Shown in pieces: positions 14,158-27,620 of a stretch of 64,000 bases of DNA (positions are counted from its first letter, which is position 1; each line of letters starts with the position of its first letter). The position numbers and the translations under genes were made by a program. This DNA comes from Trichoplax adhaerens (lineage: Eukaryota > Animalia > Placozoa). A model generated the notes under the pieces. That model was not told the origin of the DNA, did not search any database, and saw only the letters and a program-made list of their open reading frames with translations. Location of the stretch: contig NW_002060945.1 of NCBI RefSeq assembly GCF_000150275.1, positions 631,872 through 695,871 on the forward strand. The letters run 5' to 3'.

Positions 14158-14532
14158 TCTTAATTAAGGTCTTCCTCTAGCCGTAGTCTATCAGTTTTAT
14201 AGTGCAATGTTCATTTAATGTTCTTCGTTATACCTGTCCCTCTCTCTCTTCTTTTAGTCATTTTCTTGAAGAGTTCTCCTCTTACAAGTTCCTGTTGAGT
14301 AGTCCGTATCTTGAGTACTTGCAGGGTCTGCTAAATAGCAAATTTTGCTCTTAATAAAGGTCTTCCTCTAGCCGTGGTCTGTCAGTTATGTTCATTTAAG
14401 GTCCTTCGTTATACCTGTCCCTCTCTCTCATCTTTTAGTCATTTTCATGTAAGACTTTTCCTCTTACAAGTCCCTGTTGAGTAGTCCGTATCTTGAGTAC
14501 TTGCAGAGTCTGTTAAATAGTAAATTTTACCC
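14158..14532. repeat. Near-identical two-copy tandem duplication, ~191 bp period
   Basis: AAGGTCTTCCTCTAGCCGT at 14166 and 14357. Long identical block CCTGTTGAGTAGTCCGTATCTTGAGTACTTGCAG in both copies. Confidence 0.9.
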
Positions 14533-15996
14533 CAATCCGACAGAAAAATTTGAATTTACTATTAATAAAGTTTTGTTTCAGTGCAGTAGAGGTCTGCAAT
14601 TTTTCACCACTAGGTCTGGGTGCACCATTTAGAAGCTTGTGCCACCTGCGTGAACTGTATAATCAGTTTCATGCTAAGCGGTAAGAAATTGACAACTACT
14701 GTAATGATATCTTCTTTAAGTAGCGTAAAGTATTTTAAGGTAGACGATGATAGAAGGTATAAAGGATTTTATTGAGATACAAGTTACAGGCTAACAATGA
14801 TATGGTTGTTATAGATAAGGTATCTGAGATAGCAGGAATGTAGGAACTGACTAACGAGTTAGCGTACAAGGGTATTTATAGGTTTTAGATGGGATTGAGA
14901 TAATGTCTTTATATGTATAGCATGTCGTCTATATGTAGTCATGATGTCGTACATTATGAATGTAATACAATACAGTACTTAAACGGTATATGATAAGTAT
15001 TCGTATATTAGGATATTACTATACTAGGCATCTTCTATATAAGATCATAATGTTACAACTACTAGAACAACGACTAAGTGCGCTGGTAAGAAATTCCCAA
15101 CTACCAGTACTGAGCTATGGTAGGCTGGAATTCGAAATCACAGCGCCATATAGGTGCTATCGTTTTCAATCAATGGAGTAGTACAATAGTTAGCTTTTAT
15201 TGAACTCGATTGGATACAGGCACAGAACTATCATACCAGCTCTGCTCTCGTTTATCGTTCACCACCACTACAAAAGTTTTCCATGTTTTAGACCTACATG
15301 GACATCCCGTGTACAGTGGGCCAGTCAGAAGCACCATATCACCAGAATATCATTTTCACAGTTGTGGAAATTAAATTTTATAAGTCCTTTTGTAACCTTT
15401 AATAACGTAATCTATATGTTAAATAAGCATAACATTTTTCTTTATTTGATGAATTACATCAAAAAATATCAAGCGAATATGAATGAATCAATGAGTAGAA
15501 AAGGGTGATCCAAGTAATACCATGAATACAGTAGGCACTGTATCTCATCCTCCATATCCATAGTTGTAACAAAGAATTCAATTAATTAGAAGACGATACC
15601 AAATAAAAGCTTACTGCTCTTACGACGGACGATTTACATGTAACATAGTAAGGTAATAAAATTATCGAGAAGTTGACATAAGCTTTTTCTTAAAGGGATA
15701 GTAAACAGTCCATTGGTACAGGTATATCGGAAATCAAATTGAATGCACGCATATCAGAACTAATCATACCGTATTTACTACACGTTAGCATAATCATGAA
15801 GTTAAAGCATTGGGTGTTACAGTCGACATATGGAAATACCGCCTAAGAAACATTTATATGGAATTGCATAGAAAAAAATGTCAATCTGCTTTCAAATTTA
15901 CTTTTAAACATCATAATCAGATATTACAATGACCACACAATAAACAACATCAACATATACAGAGAAGAGAAAACGAAATTGAGAAAATTCGTAGTA

Positions 15997-18900
15997 TTAG
16001 CCGGTTGTTGATTTTATTTTCAACCTTCTAGCCTTAACATTAGGATAGTAGGTATCAAATGACCACATCTGCGAAACCCCTCCAGAGCACGGTTTCATAA
16101 CCGGTGTGTTACCCGATCCACGATCAAGGCATTTTCCTGTATTCGGATGTCGAATCTCTCCATTCTAATTTTTAAAGTATAGCAATTGAGTGAGTCAAAC
16201 AGGTTTAGTTTTAAACATTTACCGTTTACATTAGTACTAATTCTAATTCATAATTGGCTATCTAGTTTATCTAGCTATACAGAACATTAATTTTTACACT
16301 GCCTAATGCCCTAGAAGTAAAGGCTTTGAGAATTATCCCAGCAGGCAACATCGAATATTTAATAGTTACTTGTTACACAGAACTTTGAAAAAATTAGTTA
16401 TCAATAATGATAATTACCTTTTTATGCAACCATAACTGATTCCCACCTTGGCCATGACAATCATACAACTGTATTCTGGCACCATCTTTATTATCCGACA
16501 CATCTAAGCAAAGCTCGCTAACTACTAATTCTTCAAGGATCGAGTACGACATTTCCTTTATTGCCAAATAGAATAAGTAAGAGTTTAGTAAGCCATACAG
16601 CAAAGTTTATATCAAATTTCAAATAGAAACGAAAGGATAGCTTTCTAATTACCATAGTCCAGCTATTTGCACAAGGGTAAATGCTCATGTAAGCGTTCGC
16701 AGTTTTACCCATAGTATCAAGGCACATGTTCGAAGCGGGATTTTTAAGCTAAAAGAGAATTCAAGGTTGATTTATTATAACCCAACTATTACAAGTTATT
16801 ACAACTGTTACAAATCAATTTTGTAACCGGGGACCAAACTCTAATATAGTTCGTATGGGTCGATGTAGATCTCCAACTGACTTTTGTAGATCTATATTAG
16901 TAAAAACTAACTCTCTTCTCACAGAGATGACTACGAAATGTTTACGTGAGTATTCCTTTATTGTCCTAGGCTACAACACGCGTAGAACCGTCAATCGCTA
17001 TCACTAATCCGAACTAATCAATTAATTACAATGATCGTTCTTATATATCCTGATCACTTCAGCATGGTACAACTATTAATATTTTAGATATAGTCGGTTG
17101 CAGACCTCAATAACAACAACACAGAAAACATTAATAATATATACGAATACACGCACATGTACTGGATAAATCTTTAACTAACCTTTCCTTTGGCTATTGA
17201 CGACTCATTTGGCAATACAACATCCGTGTAAATATTCTGCAGATACCATTTAAATGGCTTGCACTTTAATTTCTTCTTTAATTCCAGTCTTTCAGCAATA
17301 TTGCCAAACTCTTCCTTACGTAAATGAGGTTGAACTTGATAAAAAAATTCTTTGTAGTCATCCAGCCATACTTCAGCAACACGCTGAGAATTGCGACTGA
17401 GAAAATTACCACCGAATTTATAAGGTTGATTATGACGAAATACATGACCCACCCTCGAGCAAGGAACAATTTCTAATTTTCCACCACAGAGCCAAGCCTA
17501 TGGGAACCATGAAATAGCATCATGATGTAAACGGGATGTTAGTTTTGCTGTTTATAGTTTACGCATCTTATTTTACATTCTTGATCATAAATATCGCGCC
17601 TTCGTTTCAGCATTAATAGATTATTCTAGCAGGCTAATGTAATAAATGTTTTATCAACATACATACAAGTTATAAATTAAGAGTGACGTACTTTATATCA
17701 TCTACCAACAATGACAATCTTAATCATGTAAGTACTATCCATTAACTCAAATTGACCGAAGCAATATTAATTTCACGAATTTTTGATTTAGTAAATAGAG
17801 AATTTCAGTCCTATTAGCTTACTTTAAAAGATATTTCCATATTTTCGCCTCCCCAAACATCGAACTGATCATCGTAAGTCCCGAGCCTTTTAAAAAATTT
17901 CTTACTAATGGCGAAAAGGCCTCCAGCCATGGTAGGTGACCTTTCATATAAATTAATAATAGCATATCATCAAGCATGAAAAATTTATTCCTGAATTCAC
18001 GATATTTTAATCACTAACTAGACAACAAACTTTCTTACTAAATATGGTAGGTACAAGTACAGCTACAACAGCATTGAATATATATATTACTTCGTTTATT
18101 TGTTCGACTAAGTTGAACGAGCTAAAATAATGAATCTAAATAGATGCAATCGCATAACAAATTGATAATGTATTCGAAGGGTAGCTCTAGTTTTAATTGA
18201 TCGTAATTGAATGCTTTGCGCTAACATGAGCAATACATACCAAACAGGGTCAATAGGGGATTTGCGCCTTTTATGTTCTTCTGGTGGTATTAATGCCCAC
18301 CTAAAGTATAACTGCCAATTAAAGACTCCTCTCATTAAGGCGGGAGGTCCAAATTGGTATTGAAATGTCCTATCGTCGATGACATCAATTTCAGGACAAA
18401 CTACTGTAGTTTCATTAAGATAAATACGTTCCAGCAGAGGCTCTAACCAACCGGTAGTAACCTCGCAATGAGCGTCTAAAAACGTTACAACGGGTGCTGT
18501 TGCGTGGCTAAAACCTTTTCGAATAAATCAATATCAGAAGGAGCATGCTATTGCTTTTAATTCTACCTTACAATGCTTACAATAGTTACCTAATTCATGT
18601 GCTGCATGTTAGTTTGTTTAGTTTAGCACTATGCGTATCGTAAATTTATTAAATTGGTAAGAACTAATTAGCAACTACTTGTACTACCCAATAAAACCTT
18701 TAAGATATGCCTATTCTCGCATAAAATCTAGCTGTAGTATTTCATTTTATTAACCCAGTAAAACTTGAGTAATAATACTTATATATATAGCACATCATAA
18801 TCTAAGAGATGTATTAACAGTAAGTTGATATACCATTTAATCTTGATCTTATCAAGCCTTCATGCTTTTCATTTCGGAAAATTTTTACTTTTTCTAGCTT

Positions 18901-20832
18901 TGATGTATATAATTCTAGTGGCATAAAAAGTTCGGCTGCAAAAATAAGTTAAAAGGATTATTGATTTGGAATGACACTCTTAAATATCAATCGAGTTCCA
19001 TACTCGTATACTGTCAAAAAAATTTTGATTGTAATAAAGACTATATAAAATTACGGTAAATACGATTATGAATCATAATTACCGTGCCCTATAGGATCGC
19101 TATAATCATCTTGTAAGATTATTTCGTGTAGGAGATCAGGTGGCGACCGACTGAGAATACTATGGACCGTTCTGAGTAAGGTTGACCAAGCTTCATTATG
19201 AAAAACTACCACCACGCTAGTTGTCGGTAGATGAAGAGGAAAGATTTGATCTTTGCACCTACACATGGTTTAGAAGAATAATTTCATTAAGAGCTACTAC
19301 AGTATGAACTATAAACGCATAGCTCTTAAAGTTGCGCACAGTATAGCAATTGAATATTCATAACTATATACATATCTATATAATTATATACAATTCGTTT
19401 CTTTATTTCCTTCACTTAAAAAATTAAATTCCACTGTCTACCGTTGATACCCATAATCATGCAAGATTAATATCTCCTAAATTATTAGCTTTAAATATTT
19501 AACAAAGAATGAAGAGTAGATTTCTAAACAACTATTACATTATTATGCGTACTATATAGATTGTTCTATTAATAAGCCTGAAATTACTTTTTATCATACT
19601 AATTCTTTCATCGGAAATAAGTCTTATTAATATCACATGGCGTTGATAATTTTGTAACCGATGCTATTTTTCTTATCGGTATTTATACGGCATTGCTTAA
19701 TTAACTGCCCCTTTTAATTAGATTAATATATTGACAAACGTTCAAGCTTGTTATTAAGTATGTCTTTACAGATTAATCGAATGTCTTATAGTATACTCCA
19801 ACATATCAAGTTATAACCTCCAGGACGATTTTACTCTACATTTTAAGTATCGGGTAAAATATGATAATAGTAATTGGTGGAGCTATCTAATAATATCTAT
19901 TGTTGATCAAAACTTTGCCAAAGATATTTACAATTCTCTAAAATAGCACAAGCTATATAATTCGTAGAATCGTAGTAGTCAGTGATATTAAACCCCCGGT
20001 ATATCGAAAAATTACTCATTAAAAAAGCTCAGAAATTTTACTGCAATACTCTTATGGCAAGCTATACACTATCCGAGGTTTATTTATAACCTGGAAACCT
20101 TGCAATGAACTTGAAATGACATTAATCTAAACTAAAATCGGCATGGCTAATCATTCTATGTACCATTTTATCATGCTAGCCATCCTCCATAATCACTTAT
20201 AATTAGCTGAAATTACTACAAGCAGAATTCAATATTCTAACGAATATACATTACTTTTACCTCCGTTGGAACTACAGGTTATGATCTTATGGTATATAAT
20301 GGCCATCGTTATTCACAGAGAATATTTGAAATATAGTATAGAGCTTACTTGATAAAATCTATTTTATTCTTTTATAGCTCTACTTTTTATATAATTCTAC
20401 TTTAAAAGAAAATACTTACATTGGATGACGAGGGTCAGGTAGCGTTCTATGCAATGATATTCGATCACTGATCCATTGGTTAAAATGATTTCTATTGAAT
20501 AGTTGCTCGCTAGCATTTTTACTTTCTGCAGGTACGATGACAGCTGTGCCGTTTTGACCTAAACCCTTAGGATCGTAATCTTCAGGTAATGGTGGCCGGT
20601 AACCTTTTCTACCCAGTAAGTTTTGGTTTTGATCATATACTAACTCGATGGAATTTCTGTAATGCAATTTTAATTTTTGACTAAACCCTTCTCGTAATAG
20701 ATCCAAACTGAGGGTATCAAATATATCGATTTTTTCTCTACTTTGGATATAAATAATTGCAGTGATCCAAAAGAAGATGCCAAAAATTGTAAATCCTAGT
20801 AATAATCGGCCTCTTGTCTTACGACCACACAT
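15997..20832 (-). CDS. GALNT: Polypeptide N-acetylgalactosaminyltransferase, tandem paralog 3, 9 exons, ~599 aa
   Basis: ATG at 20832 ([13 protein letters not shown]). Exons 20832-20420, 19258-19083, 18935-18834, 18514-18241, 17940-17823, 17497-17183, 16748-16653, 16555-16418, 16164-15997. Motifs [37 protein letters not shown]. Confidence 0.95.
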
Positions 20833-23521
20833 TTTCAATTTTGGAAGCTACACAATAGTACGTAAAACATTGGGATAAAAATGCATTAAATAAAGAAGCC
20901 TTTAAATCTACTTAGAATAAGAAATTGTTAAATAGACGCTTTTAAATATAAACACCTAATGTAAAAGATGTGATAGTAGATCAATACGATAATCGGTTAT
21001 CCCTATTTCACCAGCGTTATTTAATCACGGACAGTACACTAATGTAGTATAGAATTGATAAGTTGTGTTAGGAAATTACCTCTTCAGGCAACATTATTGT
21101 ATAGTTCAATATGAAACACAGTAATTTCTCTGTGGTTTTAAATTTCCGTTAAAGGAAAGTAGTGAAGTGTATCCATACTGATAAGGATTCCTAGTACTGA
21201 ATCCTCTTTTCAAATGATTTTAATTCACATCTGTTGTTACTCTTTGCTCTATTGTTTATAGTACGGTAAAAATAGAACACAGATTGTGTTAATTGATTAC
21301 ATTTTATTGTGATATAGCAATTCAATAACGATTTTTGTGTGAAAAAGACGTGATTATAAAGGATTAGACGGGAATATCAGATTTATATGTGCTATAGCGA
21401 TAATCTTTTAATACATTTGGCCGGAATTAAGCCATTGCATAGTTATTATCGTACAATCTTCTATCATTTTCTAGGCCATTTCCAACATCCTTCATGAACA
21501 TATTGAAGATGGTACATTTTAATAATTTTTGATTGCTGTTATTGATTATTGAAGCTTCTGTCGCTTTCGGCTATTTTCAATATCACAGTTAACTTATCAA
21601 ATAATATTCTTGAAGAACTATTAGCATCATAATACCTTTTGATTTTACGCTTATTATTATAGCTTCAATATTAAGATCGGACAATACCATAGTATAATTT
21701 TCGGCCTTCTAATAGTAGTATTGTATTCAACTCACATCTGTTGCTTTGCAACAGGAGTTCAACCGGTTAAAATAGCATAGAAGAAATGGGTGGATTTCTA
21801 TAGTAATTCTTTCTGGCTAAAGATGTTTTACTGATAACTCCTTGGGATAATGCTATTCTTGATATATTGGTTTCTATTTTCTTTTTAGTAAATAGATTAT
21901 TGAATCATTCTCGTTTTGCGATAGGCGCATCTCGAAATCATTCCGAATAATCTTATTTCTGAAATGCCGCTTAGAATTTTTGTTAAATAATGATTTGAAA
22001 CTGATATTAGCAACAGGACCAAATTGCTAATATTCCTTTGTCTTCCTTACTTAAATAAGATCATCTTGCATATTCTTTTACAGGAAAACACCGGACGCCC
22101 AATCTATTAGTTGATTTTTAACCATTACAACTACTACTGGATATAGAATTAGCAAAGCGACAAACCAAATAGGGCCGTGGAGACACTAATACATAACGGT
22201 TAACAAACTATAAGATTGGGTAGCAAGTAAACTTATCTCGGCAAAAATGCTGCCATAACACATAGTAATTTACTAATATTAATTTTTTGGGTCATTACAT
22301 CAAATTATTACTAAACAATGATGGTCTCACAATAAGACTAACATAAAATGAAAGCGTTTTGCTTTATACTTTTAATATCTCTAAATGATTAGAATTACAT
22401 CGGTTTGTCAAACGCTAAGAATAGACTATCATCTTGCCTACTATGCTAACTTTACTAAGCAATAATACAAATTGTAAAGTTAGAAGCGCTATTTAATTGC
22501 ATAGTAAATAAATCTTATTAGATTCATCAGTGTATTATGTTAAAGGAAGGGGTATAGATTAATATGCTTTAATTAGAATCCTCAATTCTTTTACCTACAG
22601 AAAGCTACTATCGAACTTTATGTAAAATTTACGTCTAATTTACAGCTAAGTTTCATAGCTATTACAGCTATCAGAATAACAAATCTTGCATAAAAGTTGT
22701 ACTACAGCTTTATTTCTTCGAGCAAAAAATTGAAGATTATTTATTAATTAGTTAAATGCATACTAATCTCTAATCTAATCGGATTCTTCGCCAAATTCTT
22801 CACAAAATAGCACGATTAATGATGACCGGCAGTTATCGAATACAAAATATTATAACCGGCAAGGTATTCCTTTTATATTTTATTAACTATAAACTCTTAG
22901 CAATGTCTAATTGTCATACTTTCAAGTACTTACTATTACAAGTTTACAACGATTATCGCGACTAGGATAACGACTAAGCGGTAGAATAACTTTCTTTCTG
23001 ATCTACCTGATATTGAAATAATCTATAGCATAAAGAGAGCATTTTAGTATTGATGTACTACCACTTAGTAGACTTAAAATTCTAGCTAGCTATAATCATG
23101 CTGAAAGTATTTATAAGATTAATTGGTTAAAAGAAAGACTTAATTACCTATAAATAGTTATTGTTTCTTACTAATGGTCAATAAAAGCTTACACATATGA
23201 ATTTGAAAAAAAATTAACAAGGTACTGATCATTGCTGGTACCACAATTAATTATTAATAGAATAATCAGTTGACCTAGTGTATATTTTCGACGTATATTC
23301 AATCATTTTATTCAATCCGAATTATATCATATCTCGATATTAAAAAGATTTTTGAGATTTTAAATTATTAATTCTATGTTTTTGTGCGTTTGGCTACATA
23401 TACTTTTATAGCATGTAAATTAATTTGCTATCGATTCTGCATAATTATTGATAGCCTACAGTATCAGCAATTAACAAAGCTCTTTAGCTTTCAAGCAAAG
23501 ATTGTGCATAAAGTTTATAAC

Positions 23522-26500
23522 TCAATTTAGTTTCCTTGGCTTAACGTTAGGATAGTAATTGTCAAACGTCCAAATCTGTGAAGGAACATCTTTGCATGGT
23601 TGCATGACAGGGTTAATACCGGTACCCCTATCTAAGCATAACCCACTATCTCGATGTTGTAATTTTCCATTCTAGATAAGATACGAAAATATAGCTCAAG
23701 AACGATGGAAAAGTTGAAGCTATTGTAAGCTAATACAATATATGAGATAAAAAGCAGCCGACTAATTGAGTATCGTATCCTGATTACTAGTGCTGCTAAT
23801 AGTAGGGGCAAAAATTTTAATCATATTTACCTTTTTATGAGACCAAAATTGATTTCCTCCCATCGAATGGCAATCTAGTAAAGTAATTTTCCCACCCGAC
23901 TGGTGATCAGATACATCGAAGCAAACTTCATCCATTGCCAATTCATTTAACACTGTGAGTGATATGATCTGCAAGATGTAATGGTTATCCATAAATTGAT
24001 TCAATAAGCAAAAATCTAATACAACCATAGCAAAAAAATATAGTAAATAATCTCTAAGCAGTGAAAGTAACAGACTATAATAAGTTACTTCAATAAAAAT
24101 GTGTCTCTTCACGCAACTAACGAGCACTAGTAGTGATTAAATTCTATATTTATTTATGTTACCAAATAGATATTCACAATTATTAAACTGGCAACGTATG
24201 ATACAACGGTAGTTTGAAGCATGAAATCTTTGCAAATTATAGCACACTTTTATACATTCTTTCAATGATGAAATTACCTCAATTCTATTTTACTAACTCT
24301 TATAACTAAGTGGCGAACATACAAGATTTCCTCCATTATATTACAAGCATACTATATACAGAAATTTGAAATGTACTTTTTCACGAAAAATATGACCATA
24401 TTACAAAATAATGACCGTAGAAACATCTTGGATTGATTTAAATTTGTTTGCTGAAATCAAGTTATAAATTTATCTATTCGATTAAACATGATGCATCTAT
24501 AGCAGCTAAATTAAAAAAATGGCATGATAACTTTATTATGGTCTAAGCGATAAGTCTACGGAAAAATCAACTTACCATAGTCTTTCCTTCATGAGCACAA
24601 GGTGATAGGCCTAAGAAGGCATGTTTTGGTCTGCCTAGCGTATTTAAGCACATTTCTGATTCAGGATTTCTAACCTGTCAATTATATGGGATTTATATCA
24701 GTATGAAACATATCTGACAGTCTGAGAGATATAAATTTTTATTCGTATAAGCATAAGAAAGTAAAATCCAGAATAGAAATTTAAGTTTTTATTGTAAAAT
24801 ATCATACGCTAACAGCTACACTGATATTTTAATTTATTAGAGAGAACAATATGCAAGAGAAATGCTAACCTAGAACTAATCTACTCTTTCTAGATATAAA
24901 CATAAATAGCATATGTATAATATTGTAGTATAAGCATTATTAAAATCAAATTTCTGATACCTTTCCTTTAGCAATAGCGGATTCATTTGGTAATATAACA
25001 TCGGTAAAAACGTGATCTAAATACCATTTAAAACTTTTACACTGTAATTTTTTCCGTAATTCCAATCTCTCGGTAATATTGCCGAAATGAATATTTCGCA
25101 TATAAGGCTGGCGTTGATAAACAAACTCTTTATAACCATCCATCCAGACCTCAGCTGTGCGGACGGAATTTTTATTAATAGTTAAGCCAGCATCTTTAGG
25201 AAATTTATAGGGTATGACATTTCGAAATACGTGGCCGACATGAGAACATGGCATTATTTCCAACTGGCCTCCACATTGCCATATCTACAGAAGGATACAA
25301 ATTTAGCAGGTAATGCCAATAATTTATTTATAACTCATATCCGACTAAATGAAGTACAACTATTTCTTTCTTGAAACTTAAAGCTGACCCGAAACGATAG
25401 TTCAAGATTCTCGCCTCCCCAAATATCCATCTGGCTATCATATAAGCCAATCTCTTGGAAATACTGACGATCAATAGCAAAAAGACCACCTGCCATGGTT
25501 GGAGATCTAGCAAACAGCACATTATAATTGTTACCTATTGCATGATTGGCTTTAACTTAGATATTAGACGGACGCTTCTCTTCTAAACTAGTTACCTATT
25601 CGTAAACTATAACTCATGTATTTTATGATAAAATCGAGCTCAAAGCTACATAGTAGATAGAGAATGATGCACTTTAAAATAAACAATTTACCTCACGGGA
25701 TCCGTGGGTGATTTACGGCGTTTTTGCTCCTGGGATGGAGTTAATCTCCATCTAAATTTCATATCCCAGTTAAAAACACCTCGAATATCACCACTTGAAC
25801 CCGCTCGATATTGGAATGTCTTATCGTCGATCACATCAATTTCGGGGCAAACGACAACACTTCGATTTTGATGGACTCTATCAAGTAAAGGCTCTAGCCA
25901 GCCGATTGTAACTTCGCAATGAGCATCAAGGAAGGTTACAATGGGTGCTGTAGCTCGAGAATATCCTATGCAAGCGTATAATTTTTAGCAATCATTAAAT
26001 AACTCAAAAGCTGCAAGCTTGATACTATGCTATCTCACATTACAAGAGTAGCAATCCTATATATTTCCTATCAATAACGCGTTAAGATTACCTATAATTC
26101 GAGAACGAATCAAGCCTTCACGCTTCGGATTTCGAACTAGAATAACTTTCTTGAGATCTGCTATATACTTTTTTAGCGGATCTTGCAAGTCCTCTAACAA
26201 GAATTCATAAATCGAAGCAACATTGAAATTTATCATTTACAGTTATGTCAGTGCATCTATTAATTAGTATGCTAATTCAATCAATCCGCTATCTAGCCCT
26301 GATTAAAATTTTATCCTTGCAATCGCAGCTATTGAGCTGTACAATTCAATTTTATCCTAAAATCCTAGTATCTCTTCAGCTATATCTGATGCTGGTAAGC
26401 TATCAATAGATGCAATGATAGCCAGACTGTAACTTATACGATATTAACTATTTGCTAAATTGAAAAGTCTAATTTTTATCTATGAATTGCCTCTATAAAT

Positions 26501-27620
26501 TTTACACTAGCAATTTTTGTTTATAGTTTAAATACGTGGTATTGCCCTTAAATATCAATTTCTTTACCGTGTCCTTTAATTGAGCTAAAATCATCAACTA
26601 AGATAATTTGATGTATGAGATCCGGTGCGGATCGATCCAATACACTATGAACTGTTCTTAATAAGGTTGATAAAGCTTCGTTATGGAAGACAATCACAAC
26701 GCTAGTCTGTGGTAAATCCTTGGGAAAAACTTGGCTCTTGCATCTAAGAGAAAAGTATAGTCATAAATTCAATACAATATACTGTAAATAACGATATTCC
26801 AGAATTGCCAGATAATTAATCTGCGTAAAATATAGCACTTTGTTGTAAGGTAAATGATTAGGGTTTGAAGCGATATTAACATAATAATATTCTAGATCTA
26901 GTTATCATCAATTTTTAAATAGTCTGAAAAAAATTAAATCCGTAAATCAACAAATTATGATTATGCATGATTAACGTTGCAACATCCTTGATTTATAGTC
27001 AATTTCAAGCTAACATATACAAGATGTTTCAAATCTCTAGGTAGTTCAATTATTGAATGAACGATCATAACTCGTAATCATGATAATTTTTGTATTATTA
27101 TTTATCCATAATGTTTTTCTGAAGACTTTATAATAACTCATCTTTAGATTTGGAATTAGAGGCAAGTTATAGATACTTACAATGAAGGTCTCAAATCGGG
27201 TAAAGTCCTATGCAGTGACATATGATCGCTTGCCCATTGATTAAAGCCATGATTCTTAAAAAGTTTATCACTTTCTGCTTTAGCTTTATCAGGCACAATA
27301 ACACTTTCGCCATTTTCTCCGATAGCGTTTGGATTAAAATTATGCGGTAAAGTAGGTTGGAAAATTAACCGTTTGTTTGGATTAATCGATTGAAGTAGAG
27401 TGTTATTACTATCAGCCATGTGTTGATTGATATCTCTTTTATGGTTAATATTTTTATTTTCCTTTTCAGTACCACTTTCTCTATTTCGATTAGCCTTAAC
27501 TTCCTCAACAGATAAAGTAGTGCCACCTTGCGATTTCGTGTACAGAAGAATGCAAAACCACAGCCCAAGGACTGTATTTAATAGGAAAAGTTGTCGACGT
27601 TTTCTTCTTAAACCAAGCAT
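23522..27620 (-). CDS. GALNT: Polypeptide N-acetylgalactosaminyltransferase, tandem paralog 4, 9 exons, ~606 aa
   Basis: Exons 27620-27181, 26743-26568, 26193-26092, 25965-25692, 25506-25389, 25284-24961, 24674-24576, 23968-23831, 23671-23522. Motifs [37 protein letters not shown]. Confidence 0.95.

Noticed and set aside
21000-23400. Possible fifth or pseudogenised GALNT between paralogs 3 and 4 (also 27.7-31 kb)
   Set aside because: I found no GALNT motif remnants by eye; it appears to be ordinary AT-rich intergenic DNA.
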